A stretch of DNA of 64,000 nucleotides from Candidatus Zixiibacteriota bacterium (GTDB lineage Bacteria > RBG-13-66-14 > B26-G2 > WVWN01), in assembly GCA_050117845.1 (NCBI GenBank), contig JASFLY010000009.1:1-64000 (forward strand), given 5' to 3'. Position numbers and translations under genes: made by a program. Of the stretch, positions 18,485 to 31,339 are shown piece by piece. Below the pieces are notes generated by a model, which saw only the letters and a program-made list of their open reading frames with translations, was not told where the DNA came from and did not search any database. Within the stretch, counting starts at the first letter, position 1. The number at the start of each line of letters is the position of its first letter.

Positions 18485-18982
18485 CTAATCGAGCGTAGGG
18501 ACGCGCTCGAGTTTTTTTATATAACTCCCGGGCAAACCCCAATGGCGGGCGCCCCGAAGCAAGAGGCCCATATAGGCCGAGCTGGGATGCGGGGCCGACG
18601 GCGCCGGCATGGCCACGACGTACAACTCGACCCGGGATTCCCCTTCCCCCGGGCCGTCGGGCAACCACACCGTTTCCGCGCGCCGAACGTACGCGCTCTC
18701 CGAATGGGGACGGCCGGGCCGGTAACCCTCTTTCCTGTCCAGGGCCGGGAGGTCCGGCGGCGGTACGCGGTATATGACTCCCCACACTTCCCCCCCCGGG
18801 TCGGGCTCGACGTCGGCCACGCCGCAACCCCGCCAGTCCGACGTACGCGTATCGAACGTTAACGTGTAACCCCGGAGTACGGCCACGCTCACGAAACCGT
18901 AACCGGGGCAAGTCCTCGCCATCTCCTCGGGGTCCATATTGGACCCGTACGCGAAATACTCCACCGGCCGCAAGGTCCCCAC
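18485..18982 (-). CDS. Gamma-glutamylcyclotransferase family protein
   Basis: YFAYGSNM, VWGVIY, LDRKEGY, PSSAY. Confidence 0.85.
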   Translation of the reverse strand: MGTLRPVEYFAYGSNMDPEEMARTCPGYGFVSVAVLRGYTLTFDTRTSDWRGCGVADVEPDPGGEVWGVIYRVPPPDLPALDRKEGYRPGRPHSESAYVRRAETVWLPDGPGEGESRVELYVVAMPAPSAPHPSSAYMGLLLRGARHWGLPGSYIKKLERVPTLD

Positions 18983-18994
18983 TCGCGCGACGAC

Positions 18995-19189
18995 CTAATC
19001 GTCTGCCATGTCGCTCAACAACGTTCCACCCACGCTCACGTTCTCTTGGCTGATTTCCCGGAACAGAACGACGAAGCTGCTTTCGCCCATACCTTCGTAC
19101 GCGGCCGCGGCCGCCTCCGTTAACCCTTTTACCAACTTCCTCTTGTTTTCCATCGCCAACGACGGTCCCTCGACGATAATAAAAGGCAT
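18995..19189 (-). CDS. 4-oxalocrotonate tautomerase family protein (DmpI-like)
   Basis: Pro after the initiator Met; ENVSVGG; 64 aa. Confidence 0.85.
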   Translation of the reverse strand: MPFIIVEGPSLAMENKRKLVKGLTEAAAAAYEGMGESSFVVLFREISQENVSVGGTLLSDMADD

Positions 19190-19218
19190 AAACTCCCGCT
19201 TTCTCCGTCCCCACGTGC

Positions 19219-20202
19219 CTAAACGAACTTCCGCCGGATGAACATAATCCGGGACCGGGCCTCCTCGATACGGTGGGCGGTCCGTTCTTCCGGGTGGCGG
19301 CGGTTACTCCGTTTTAAAAACGCGAGATGGACGAGTTGGTTAAACATTTTACGGATACGCATGAATCCTTTTAAATCGAAAGCGAACAGGAAGCGCAACT
19401 CCCATCCCAGCCGGCCGAACCACTTCGAAACCTGCCGGTAATCCCGTTCGCCGATGTTGCCCAATTCCACCTCTTCCCGAAGCTCGGCCTTTATCCACTT
19501 CCACTGGTATATCCACGCCACGACGACGACCACCAGGAGGCCGAAAACGCCGGCCCAATGGATGAGGAAAGATAGCAAAGCGCCCGCGTTCCCGAAGAAC
19601 GACACCAGGAAATTATGGAGGAAGTGCGCCCCCATCGCCAGGCCGAAGAACGACAAAACGGCCAGGCCTCCCGTAAAACAACCTCGAGTCTGGCGGGCGA
19701 GGCCGAAGCCGAGGCCGGTAAGCGCGGTGAAGAAGGCGTGGTTCAACCCGAAGATGAAGACGCGGAGGACGAAAACGCCGGCCATCGTCTCCATCCCTCC
19801 GCGTTCGAACTCCCGGAATATGTACGTTATATCCTCCACCCAGGCGAAGCCGGCGCCGATGATGGCGCCGAAAATGATCCCGGCCAGGACGTCGGTGAAG
19901 CGGTGGCGGAGGGTGACGAATACGAGGAGCAACGCGAGTCCCTTCGCCGTCTCCTCGACCGGGGGGGCGACGAGCGAGGCGGTCAACCCGCTCGCGAGGT
20001 ACGGGTCGAACATGGTGTAGAAAGAAAAGGCGAAAAGGGTGTTAAGGGTCCCGGCGATGATTATCGACGGCACCGCGCCCCAGAGGAAAACGAGGGCCAA
20101 TAACCAGATGGGGTCTTTTTCGAAACGGTCGAGGAACCATATGAATAATACGTTCCCCGCGGTGGTAACCGAAACGGCCAGGAGGCCCACAAGGTACGGC
20201 AC
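19219..20202 (-). CDS. PrsW-family intramembrane metalloprotease (paralog 1)
   Basis: DRFEKDP, APPVEETAKG, GFAWVEDI, HAFFT, HFLHN. Confidence 0.9.
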   Translation of the reverse strand: MPYLVGLLAVSVTTAGNVLFIWFLDRFEKDPIWLLALVFLWGAVPSIIIAGTLNTLFAFSFYTMFDPYLASGLTASLVAPPVEETAKGLALLLVFVTLRHRFTDVLAGIIFGAIIGAGFAWVEDITYIFREFERGGMETMAGVFVLRVFIFGLNHAFFTALTGLGFGLARQTRGCFTGGLAVLSFFGLAMGAHFLHNFLVSFFGNAGALLSFLIHWAGVFGLLVVVVVAWIYQWKWIKAELREEVELGNIGERDYRQVSKWFGRLGWELRFLFAFDLKGFMRIRKMFNQLVHLAFLKRSNRRHPEERTAHRIEEARSRIMFIRRKFV

Positions 20203-20213
20203 GGTATGTCTCC

Positions 20214-21188
20214 CTAGCGTCGGCTTTGCACTATGCGCTCGCGAAGTTCGTCAATGCGTCGGAGCGTCGTTTCCTTGGGCCGTCGTTTGTAACTGCGTTT
20301 GAGGAAGGCCAGTTTAACGAGGCGATTGTATAACCTGCGCACGTAAAAGAAACCGCCGAAGTCGAACGCGAACAGGAAACGGAGTTCCCACCCGACCCGG
20401 CCGAACCACTTCGAGACCTGAACGAAATCGCGCTCGCCGATGGTGCCCCGCGACACCTCGTCGTGGAGCTCGCGCTTAATCCAGTGCCACTCGGTGAACC
20501 AGGCGATGACCACGACGATCAGAAGGCCGAAGACGCCGAACCAGTGGACGAGAACCGACGCCAGGATGCCGGCGTCCCCGGCGACGGATACCAGGGTATT
20601 GTGCAGGAAGTGAGCGCCGATACCGAGGGCGAAGAAGAAGATCACCGCCAGGCCGCCGAGCCAGCAACTTCGAACGACTTTCGCGATCCCGAAGCCTATA
20701 CCGGTCAGGGCCGTGAAGAAAGCGTGGTTGAGGCCGAAGACGAAAACGCGCAACACGAAAACGAAAGTCAGGGCCTCGAAGCCCCCTTCCGACGCGGCCC
20801 CGCAGCAGTACATTATATCCTCGACCCAGGCGAAGCCGATGCCGACCAACGCCCCGAAAATGATTCCGTCCAGGATGTCGTCCAGGTGGTGCCGCAACAG
20901 CGCGAAGACAGCTAGGAGCGCGAGCGCCTTGGCGGACTCCTCGACTACGGGGGCCACGATGGACCCCATAAAGACGTCCGCCGACCAGGCGTCCATGAGA
21001 TACGGGAGCGGCAACCCCATTAAAACTTCGAAGACGAGAGATATAATGACGGAAGGTACGGCGCCCCACAAGAAAACCAACGTTAACAACCAGATAGGAT
21101 CTTTTTCAAATCGGTCGAGGAACCATATAAGTATCAGGCTGGCGATGGTCGTTATCGTTACCGCGATTAATGCCGCAAGGTATTCCAA
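20214..21188 (-). CDS. PrsW-family intramembrane metalloprotease (paralog 2)
   Basis: Same motifs as paralog 1: APVVEESAK, GFAWVEDI, HFLHN. Confidence 0.9.
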   Translation of the reverse strand: MEYLAALIAVTITTIASLILIWFLDRFEKDPIWLLTLVFLWGAVPSVIISLVFEVLMGLPLPYLMDAWSADVFMGSIVAPVVEESAKALALLAVFALLRHHLDDILDGIIFGALVGIGFAWVEDIMYCCGAASEGGFEALTFVFVLRVFVFGLNHAFFTALTGIGFGIAKVVRSCWLGGLAVIFFFALGIGAHFLHNTLVSVAGDAGILASVLVHWFGVFGLLIVVVIAWFTEWHWIKRELHDEVSRGTIGERDFVQVSKWFGRVGWELRFLFAFDFGGFFYVRRLYNRLVKLAFLKRSYKRRPKETTLRRIDELRERIVQSRR

Positions 21189-21380
21189 TTCGCACGCTCC
21201 AGATTGACTTAAGAGCTTCGTTTATGTACTCGTTTCATAATAGGGTAATCGGGCGCGCCGGACAAGCAAAATATCAATCGCATTAGGTCGGCCATATTAC
21301 CCTTGCGCCGGGCCGCCCGGCCGCTTATAATTCCGGGGCGGAACTCAACGCAACCGTACGCCGCACGCGACCACGTATCG

Positions 21381-22283
21381 ATGGCCGAATCCGTAGTAAT
21401 AGTCGGGGCCGGGGACAGGGCCCGGCATCTCGCCCGGACCCTCGAAGAGAGCCCGGCGGCCTCCCTTTCCTTCTGCGATTTCGCCGGGGACGAGGTGGCC
21501 CTTTCGAGGCGTCTGGGGGAGCTCGAGAACGGCCTGGCCGTTATCGCTGAAACCTCGACCAAGGATAAAGCATTGCAGGCCGTCGCCGGAGCGTGGGACG
21601 CGGGGGCGCCGGCGCTCGTCGCGGCGCCGCTCCTCCCGGCCCTAGCGCCGGTGGGCGACAAGGTTATGGTGGAAGGCGAGGAGTACTACCGCTTCCCCGC
21701 CGGCGGCCCGGGCCCCTGGCGTCGTTTCACCAAATGGCTGATGGACAAGCTCGTCGCCGCCGCCTTTATAATAATCCTGACTCCCATCTGGCTGCCGATG
21801 TTCGTGGCGATAAAACTCGACTCGCGCGGACCTATAGTATTCCGACAGAAGCGCGTCACCCGCGGCCGCCGGGAATTTAATATCTATAAATTCCGTACGA
21901 TGTTCGCCACCGTGCCCAAGTATCAGGCGTCACCGGGCGAAGGCACGGATATTCGGATAACGCGCGCGGGCCGGATACTCCGCAAACTCGGCCTCGACGA
22001 AACGGCTCAACTCATCAACGTCATCAAGGGCCAAATGAGCCTCGTGGGGCCGAGGCCGGAGATGGCATTGTCGGCCGCCGAGTACGAACCCTGGCAGAAC
22101 TACCGCCTGGAGGTCAAGCCCGGCATCACCGGCCTGTGGCAAATCGCCGGCTCGGCCGACCGCCCCATCAAGGACGCCTTGGAGTTCGACTTCTATTACC
22201 TGGCCAACCAAACGCTGGCGATGGATATACGGATATTCCTCAAGACGATCCCGATTCTATTCGGGAAGGGAGGCGGCCATTGA
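21381..22283 (+). CDS. Polyprenyl-phosphate sugar-1-phosphate transferase (bacterial sugar transferase)
   Basis: KFRTM, GQMSLVGPRPE, KPGITGLWQI; start moved to ATG 21381 downstream of a TTGCGC-17-TATAAT promoter. Confidence 0.9.
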   Translation: MAESVVIVGAGDRARHLARTLEESPAASLSFCDFAGDEVALSRRLGELENGLAVIAETSTKDKALQAVAGAWDAGAPALVAAPLLPALAPVGDKVMVEGEEYYRFPAGGPGPWRRFTKWLMDKLVAAAFIIILTPIWLPMFVAIKLDSRGPIVFRQKRVTRGRREFNIYKFRTMFATVPKYQASPGEGTDIRITRAGRILRKLGLDETAQLINVIKGQMSLVGPRPEMALSAAEYEPWQNYRLEVKPGITGLWQIAGSADRPIKDALEFDFYYLANQTLAMDIRIFLKTIPILFGKGGGH

Positions 22284-23248
22284 TGCGCGTCGTCGCCGTC
22301 GCCACTCCCGGATTCGCGCTCCCCACGCTCGACATTCTCCTCGAAGCCCGGGGCATCGACGTGATGGCCGTGGTTACGAATCCCGACCGGCCCCGCGGCC
22401 GGGGGTTGGACCCGGGCGCCCCGGCGGCCAAGACCTGGGCCGCGCGTAACGGCGTACCGTTCTTCCAACCGCAGAAACTGACGCGCGCCGAACTCGAAGG
22501 CTGTCCCGGCATAAAAGTCGGCCTCGACGCGCTGGTCGTCGTCGCGTCCGCGTTCTACGTCCCGACCTGGCTCCGGGACTTGCCACGATGGGGAGCGGTC
22601 AACCTCCACCCGTCGCTGCTGCCGGAACTCCGGGGCGCCGCCCCCATTAGCTGGGCGATAATTAACGGCCTAGCCGAAACCGGCGTATCGACGATGCGCC
22701 TCGCGGACGAGATGGACGCCGGCGATATCCTCCTGCAAAAAAGCATGCCTATCCTGGGCCGCGACACGGCGGGGTCCCTCGCCCCCCGGCTCGCCCACGC
22801 CGGGGCCAAACTGGTGCTGCAAACCCTTCGGGGCCTCGCCGCCGGCGAAATCGAACCCACGCCCCAGGACGCGGCCCGGGCGACGCACGCCCCCAAGATT
22901 ACCGCCGAGACTCGGGCCGTCGATTGGGGCCGGCCGGCCGAAGAACTCGACAGGCTGGTTCGGGGCCTGCACCCGGCCTTCAGCGCCCGGGTTTCCTTGG
23001 GAGGAGTAGTCATCCAAATCCTCGACGCCGCACCGGTGGAAGGCGGCGGAGACGTCGACGCGGCGCCGGGGACGATAACCGCGGTAGGCGAGGAGGGCAT
23101 CGACGTGGCGTGCCGGCCCGGCGTTCTCCGCCTGGTCCGGATAAAACCCGCCGGGAAGCAGGAAATGGCCGCGGCCGGATTCGCGGCCGGCCGGCGGCTT
23201 GAGGCCGGCGCCCGTTTCGATCGACTCGAACCTCCCCCCCAGGAATAA
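22283..23248 (+). CDS. fmt: Methionyl-tRNA formyltransferase
   Basis: NPDRPRGRG, NLHPSLLPELRGAAPI, MDAGD, KPAGK; TGATG coupling with the upstream gene. Confidence 0.9.
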   Translation: MRVVAVATPGFALPTLDILLEARGIDVMAVVTNPDRPRGRGLDPGAPAAKTWAARNGVPFFQPQKLTRAELEGCPGIKVGLDALVVVASAFYVPTWLRDLPRWGAVNLHPSLLPELRGAAPISWAIINGLAETGVSTMRLADEMDAGDILLQKSMPILGRDTAGSLAPRLAHAGAKLVLQTLRGLAAGEIEPTPQDAARATHAPKITAETRAVDWGRPAEELDRLVRGLHPAFSARVSLGGVVIQILDAAPVEGGGDVDAAPGTITAVGEEGIDVACRPGVLRLVRIKPAGKQEMAAAGFAAGRRLEAGARFDRLEPPPQE

Positions 23249-25006
23249 ATGGACAAGCGTTCACTGAAGCTATATGCAGCCGGGATCGGATGCCTGGCCG
23301 CGTTCGCGCTCAGCCGTACGGCGCCGGGCGCCGACCTGCTTGCGGTTCTGGATAGCGGCCGGGGCTTCTCGGCGCTGCTCTATACACCCGGGACTACCGC
23401 CATCCCCCCGTCGACGGTGTTGAGAATCGCCGCCTTTTTGGCAGGGGTTCTATGTTTCGCTCCGGCGGCCGCGCCCCTCGGCCGGGCGGCGCTCCGGTTC
23501 GTCGACCTGTGCCGCCGGGAACTGGGCGACTGGTGGGTAGTCGGGATATTGGCCGTTATCTCCGGCGGCCTGGCCGTCACGCTCGCCTTCGGACCGCTGG
23601 GCCGGGAGGGACACACCCCGGCCGAGAGGGAATACGATTTCCAGGCCCGGATATTCGCGGCGGGCCGCGTCACCGCCGAGCTGCCGGCAACCGACAAGGC
23701 CGGGGGCGCCGAGGCCGGCAACTTCGTCGTCGGGGAAGGCGACGGCGTCGCCGGCGGGCGCTGGTTCGCGGCGGCCGAGCCGGCCGGGCCGCTCGCCCTC
23801 GCCGGCGGCAAGGCCCTCGGCATCGGGTGGCTCGTGAACCCGCTCCTGGGAGTCATCACGACGTTCGTCCTGTTCGGCTACGGCCGCCGTCTATTCGGCG
23901 CCGACGCCGCGCTGGTCGCGTGCTTGTTATACGCCGCCTCGCCCTTCGCCGTCTTCAACAACGCTTCGCTGTTCCCGGAACCGGCGTTCCTCCTGCTACT
24001 CCTGCTATCCCTGTGGGCCGTGGACGCGGCCCGGCCTTCCGGCAAACCCGTCCCCTGGCTCGTCGCCGGCCTGGTTCTGGGAGCGGCGGCCGCGGCGCAG
24101 ACGCTCTCGGCGCTGGCCGCCGGGATACCTGTAGCCGCCGTAGTCGCGTACGATACGTTCCGCCACAGGTTAACGTGGCGTTCGCCGGCGTGTTTCGCCC
24201 TGGGGTTAATCATCGGAATAACGCCGCTGCTCCTGTATAATTACGTGACGAGCGGCGACTTCTTCCGCTTCCCGACGGCGTACCGCGTGGCCTCGAGCGC
24301 CGGCGTGGGCGAAATGGCCCTTTTCTCGATTCGGCGCCTTTGGGTCGCGGCCACGGATTTCGCGGGGTGGCCGCTGATATCGTTCGCGCCGATGCTGTTT
24401 CCATTTTTGATAAAACAGATACCGCGTCAAGGCCGGCTGCTATACGCGGTCGCTATAGCCACGGTGTGTCTCTACGCCTTCGTACCGGACGCCGGCGTGG
24501 CCTACGGCGCCAGGCTCTATTACGGCGTCTTGCCCGCGGCGCTGGTCATCGGCGGGTGGGGACTGATTAAACTGCCGGCGTATCTGGCGGACAAGCGAGG
24601 TTCCCGCCCCGGCACCGCGGCCGCCGCTTTGACGCTGGCCCTCCTGGCCGGCACGGTCCCGTATTTCATCCGCGTTACGCCCGTGTATAGCGACTATCGG
24701 GCTTTTCCCGATGGCGCCCGGCCCTGGGTCACGCCGTACCTGAGTCGGGCGTTGGAGGAGTGGGACGTCCGTTCGGCCATCGTCTTCATAGCCCCGGCGG
24801 AGCGTTGCCCGGGGCCCGCGCCGAACGATATTGGACCGGGGAACGGCGTAATATTCGCCCGCGACCGGGGGCGCCCCAACGCCGAGTTCGCCGCGCTATT
24901 TGCCCCGCGTCCTTATATCCTTTGCGATTACGGGGAATTCGAGAAGACCGGCGTCCTCCGCATCCTAAAACTCGAGCCGGCGCGCCGCGCCGGGAAAGGA
25001 GAATAA
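23249..25006 (+). CDS. Multi-pass membrane glycosyltransferase (GT-C / ArnT-like)
   Basis: Many TM segments; EREYDFQARIF, YNYVTSG, YGARLYY. Confidence 0.6.
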   Translation: MDKRSLKLYAAGIGCLAAFALSRTAPGADLLAVLDSGRGFSALLYTPGTTAIPPSTVLRIAAFLAGVLCFAPAAAPLGRAALRFVDLCRRELGDWWVVGILAVISGGLAVTLAFGPLGREGHTPAEREYDFQARIFAAGRVTAELPATDKAGGAEAGNFVVGEGDGVAGGRWFAAAEPAGPLALAGGKALGIGWLVNPLLGVITTFVLFGYGRRLFGADAALVACLLYAASPFAVFNNASLFPEPAFLLLLLLSLWAVDAARPSGKPVPWLVAGLVLGAAAAAQTLSALAAGIPVAAVVAYDTFRHRLTWRSPACFALGLIIGITPLLLYNYVTSGDFFRFPTAYRVASSAGVGEMALFSIRRLWVAATDFAGWPLISFAPMLFPFLIKQIPRQGRLLYAVAIATVCLYAFVPDAGVAYGARLYYGVLPAALVIGGWGLIKLPAYLADKRGSRPGTAAAALTLALLAGTVPYFIRVTPVYSDYRAFPDGARPWVTPYLSRALEEWDVRSAIVFIAPAERCPGPAPNDIGPGNGVIFARDRGRPNAEFAALFAPRPYILCDYGEFEKTGVLRILKLEPARRAGKGE

Positions 25007-25007
25007 C

Positions 25008-25562
25008 GTGAAATCGTACGACGGCACGGGCCCGGAATTTACGGGAGATACGGTCAAGGCCGCGGTGGCCGGCTGCCGGGAGCACGGCATCCGCTACCTC
25101 GTCGTCGCCTCCACGATCGGGAAGACGGCGAAGGTCGCCCGCGACGCCGTCGCCGGGGAGGACATACAACTCGTCGTCGTGACCCACAATACGGGTTTCG
25201 GCGAGGAAGGCCGGCAGAGTTTCCCCGACGAAGCGCGGGCGGAACTGGAGGCCGCCGGGGCGCGGGTTCTCACCGGCACGATGGTCTTCCGCAGTCTCGG
25301 CCGGGCGATAAAGGACAAAACGGGCGGCGACCAGGAGACGCTGGTGGCGTCGGCCTTGCGCGTACTGGGCGAGGGAACGAAGGTCGTGGCGGAAATAGCC
25401 ATGATGGCGGCGGATGCGGGCCTGGTGCCCCCCGAGGACGTCATGTGCGTGGCGGGCACGGGCCGGGGCGCCGACACCGCCGCCGTGGTCAGGGCCGTCC
25501 CGTCGAACCGCTTCTTCGACCTCAAAATCCGGGCGTACGTGGCCAAACCGTACGCGTTTTAA
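25008..25562 (+). CDS. Stand-alone pyruvate kinase C-terminal alpha/beta-domain protein
   Basis: VVASTIGKTA, VVVTH, GTKVVAEIAMMAADAG, AGTGRGADTA. Confidence 0.8.
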   Translation: MKSYDGTGPEFTGDTVKAAVAGCREHGIRYLVVASTIGKTAKVARDAVAGEDIQLVVVTHNTGFGEEGRQSFPDEARAELEAAGARVLTGTMVFRSLGRAIKDKTGGDQETLVASALRVLGEGTKVVAEIAMMAADAGLVPPEDVMCVAGTGRGADTAAVVRAVPSNRFFDLKIRAYVAKPYAF

Positions 25563-25648
25563 CCCCCGCCCCTCCCCCTCCCGGTCGAGGCAAGGAGTAT
25601 CCGCGGCGCGGTTTGAAATGCGACGTTGATTAATATATAATAAACGAA

Positions 25649-26968
25649 ATGATACCGGCACCGGACAACTCAAAGATCCTGATAGCGGGCGGCACCGTCG
25701 TCGAAGCGACGGGGGAATCCGAAGAGGATATCCTGGTCGAAGACGGCGTCGTCGCCGGCCGGGGCCGGGGCCTGGCGCCCCCCCCGGGGGCCGCGGTCGT
25801 CGACGCCCGGGGCAAGTACGTCTTCCCGGGCCTCATCGACATGCACGTCCACCTCCGGGAACCGGGGCGCGAGGACAAGGAAACCATCGCCACCGGGACC
25901 CGCGCCGCCGTTATGGGCGGCTTCACGGCGGTGTGCGCCAAGGCTAATACCTTCCTGGTTATGGACAACCCGGCGGTCGTGGAGTTCGTGCACTCCCGGG
26001 CCAGGACCGCGTCCTGCGCCCACGTCTTCCCCGTCGGTTCCGTCACCGAGGGGCTGAAGGGCTTCGGCAGTTTATCGGAGATAGGCAGCTTGAAGGAGGC
26101 CGGCGTCGTCGCGATATCGGACGACGGCGTCCCCGTAGTCTCGAGCGACATAATGGTGGCGGCCCTCCAGTATGCCGCCGATTTCGACCTCCCGCTCGTC
26201 GCCCACTCCGAGGACTACCCCCTGGCCAACGGGGGCTCCGTGACCGAAGGGCCGGTCGCCAGCCGCATCGGCCTGGCCGGCATCCCGGGCGAGGCCGAGG
26301 AAACGATGATCGCCCGGGACATCGCCCTCCTCCGCCACACCGGCGGTAAGCTCCACATCGCCCACGTAAGCACCGCGGCGTCGCTCGCGCACATCCGGGG
26401 CGCGAAGGCCGAGGGCCTGGATATTACCTGTGAAACGACGCCCCACTACCTGTTGTTGACGACCGACGCGGTGACGGGATTCGACGGCGACACGAAGATG
26501 AATCCGCCGCTCCGCGACGAGGTGGACCGGAAAGCGATGGTGGCCGGCCTCGTGGACGGGACCGTCGATTGCATCGCCACCGACCACGCGCCCCATACGC
26601 CCGCCGAGAAGGACAAGGAATTCGACCGCGCCCCCTTCGGCGTCGTGGGGCTGGAAACGGCGCTTTATCTGGTATTTACGTACCTCGTACTTCCTGGTGT
26701 AATTTCGCCCTCTCGTATGGTAGAATTAATGTCAAGCTGTCCGGCGCGGCGCCTCGGCCTGGAAGGAAGGGGTACGCTGGCGCCCGGCGCCCGGGCCGAC
26801 GTTACCGTATTCGACCCGATACCCCGGAGAACCGTTCGCTCCGCCGATTTCCACTCGAAAGGCAAGAACACGCCGTTCGAGGGATGGGACGTGCGGGGGT
26901 CCGTCGACGCCGTTTTCGTCGGCGGCCGGCCGGTCGTGTGGGACGGGCGACTCGTCCGCGCGTCCTAA
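25649..26968 (+). CDS. pyrC: Dihydroorotase
   Basis: DMHVHLREPG, KMNPPLR, ATDHAPH, SKGKNTPF. Confidence 0.95.
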   Translation: MIPAPDNSKILIAGGTVVEATGESEEDILVEDGVVAGRGRGLAPPPGAAVVDARGKYVFPGLIDMHVHLREPGREDKETIATGTRAAVMGGFTAVCAKANTFLVMDNPAVVEFVHSRARTASCAHVFPVGSVTEGLKGFGSLSEIGSLKEAGVVAISDDGVPVVSSDIMVAALQYAADFDLPLVAHSEDYPLANGGSVTEGPVASRIGLAGIPGEAEETMIARDIALLRHTGGKLHIAHVSTAASLAHIRGAKAEGLDITCETTPHYLLLTTDAVTGFDGDTKMNPPLRDEVDRKAMVAGLVDGTVDCIATDHAPHTPAEKDKEFDRAPFGVVGLETALYLVFTYLVLPGVISPSRMVELMSSCPARRLGLEGRGTLAPGARADVTVFDPIPRRTVRSADFHSKGKNTPFEGWDVRGSVDAVFVGGRPVVWDGRLVRAS

Positions 26969-26981
26969 AAAGGTAAACGCC

Positions 26982-28091
26982 ATGAAACACTTCATCGACA
27001 TTTCCCGGCTGTCCAAACAGAGCCTGGCGAAGCTCATCGACGTGGCCGAAAGCATGGTCCCTCTCGCCCGCGAGGGCACGACCGTCGGCGAAGGGAAAAT
27101 CCTGGCCACGCTGTTCTACGAGCCGTCGACCCGTACGCGTTTATCCTTCGATGCCGCAATGCTAAGGTTGGGCGGGAAAACGTTGGGTTTCGCCGACGCC
27201 CGGGCGTCTTCGGTGTCCAAAGGCGAATCCCTGGCCGACACCGTACGCACCGTGGATAAGTATTCGGACGCCATCGCCATCCGGCACCCGTCGGAAGGGG
27301 CGGCCCTCGCCTGCTCGTTCTATTCGGAAGTCCCCGTCGTCAACGCCGGCGACGGCGGCCACCTCCACCCCACGCAAACGCTCCTCGACCTGCTTACGAT
27401 AAAGCGCGAATTCGGCCGGCTGGACAACCTGAACGTCGTTCTGGCCGGGGACCTCCGGTACGGTCGGACTGCCAGCTCGTTAGCGCTGGCGCTGTCGCCG
27501 TTCAAACCGCGGCTGGTCTGCGTGGCGCCGGAGGGGCTGGAGCTCCCGCGGCACGTCGTACGGCGCCTGCGGGCGGAACTGGGCACCGCGGTAGAGGAGA
27601 CCGAGGACCTCGCGACGGCGGCGCCGGGGGCGGACGTCCTCTACGTCACGCGGATTCAGCAGGAACGTTTCTTCTCGACCGACGATTATTTAAAAGTTAA
27701 AGGGTCGTACGTCGTCAACAAAAACATCGTGGCGTCGATGCCGAAGGACGCGCTGGTGCTGCACCCCCTACCGCGCGTCGATGAAATCCCGCCCGACGTG
27801 GACGACGACGTCCGGGCTCGGTACTTCGAGCAGATGCGGTACGGCGTCCCGGCGCGCATGGCGCTTCTGGCCGTCCTGCTCGGCCTGGTGGACGTGGAGA
27901 TCCCGACCAAAGAGATCCGCGGCGAGGAACTCGCGCTCGACTGCCCCAACCCCCGCTGCGTGACCGCGGGCGAGAAATACCTCCAAAAACTGTACACTCC
28001 CATCCTGGACCGGACCGAGTCCCTCTTCGGCGAGCTGGGCGAGGGCAAACGGTACCGGTGCTTATACTGCGACTACGAAGTAGTGGTGTAA
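26982..28091 (+). CDS. pyrB: Aspartate carbamoyltransferase catalytic chain with fused PyrI-type Zn-binding domain
   Basis: [22 protein letters not shown]-terminal CPNPRC...YRCLYCD. Confidence 0.92.
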   Translation: MKHFIDISRLSKQSLAKLIDVAESMVPLAREGTTVGEGKILATLFYEPSTRTRLSFDAAMLRLGGKTLGFADARASSVSKGESLADTVRTVDKYSDAIAIRHPSEGAALACSFYSEVPVVNAGDGGHLHPTQTLLDLLTIKREFGRLDNLNVVLAGDLRYGRTASSLALALSPFKPRLVCVAPEGLELPRHVVRRLRAELGTAVEETEDLATAAPGADVLYVTRIQQERFFSTDDYLKVKGSYVVNKNIVASMPKDALVLHPLPRVDEIPPDVDDDVRARYFEQMRYGVPARMALLAVLLGLVDVEIPTKEIRGEELALDCPNPRCVTAGEKYLQKLYTPILDRTESLFGELGEGKRYRCLYCDYEVVV

Positions 28092-28098
28092 TATAACC

Positions 28099-31299
<3,201 letters not shown>

Positions 31300-31339
31300 G
31301 CTCTACGGTTCGCCGTTAACCAAAAGGAACACGTCCGTT

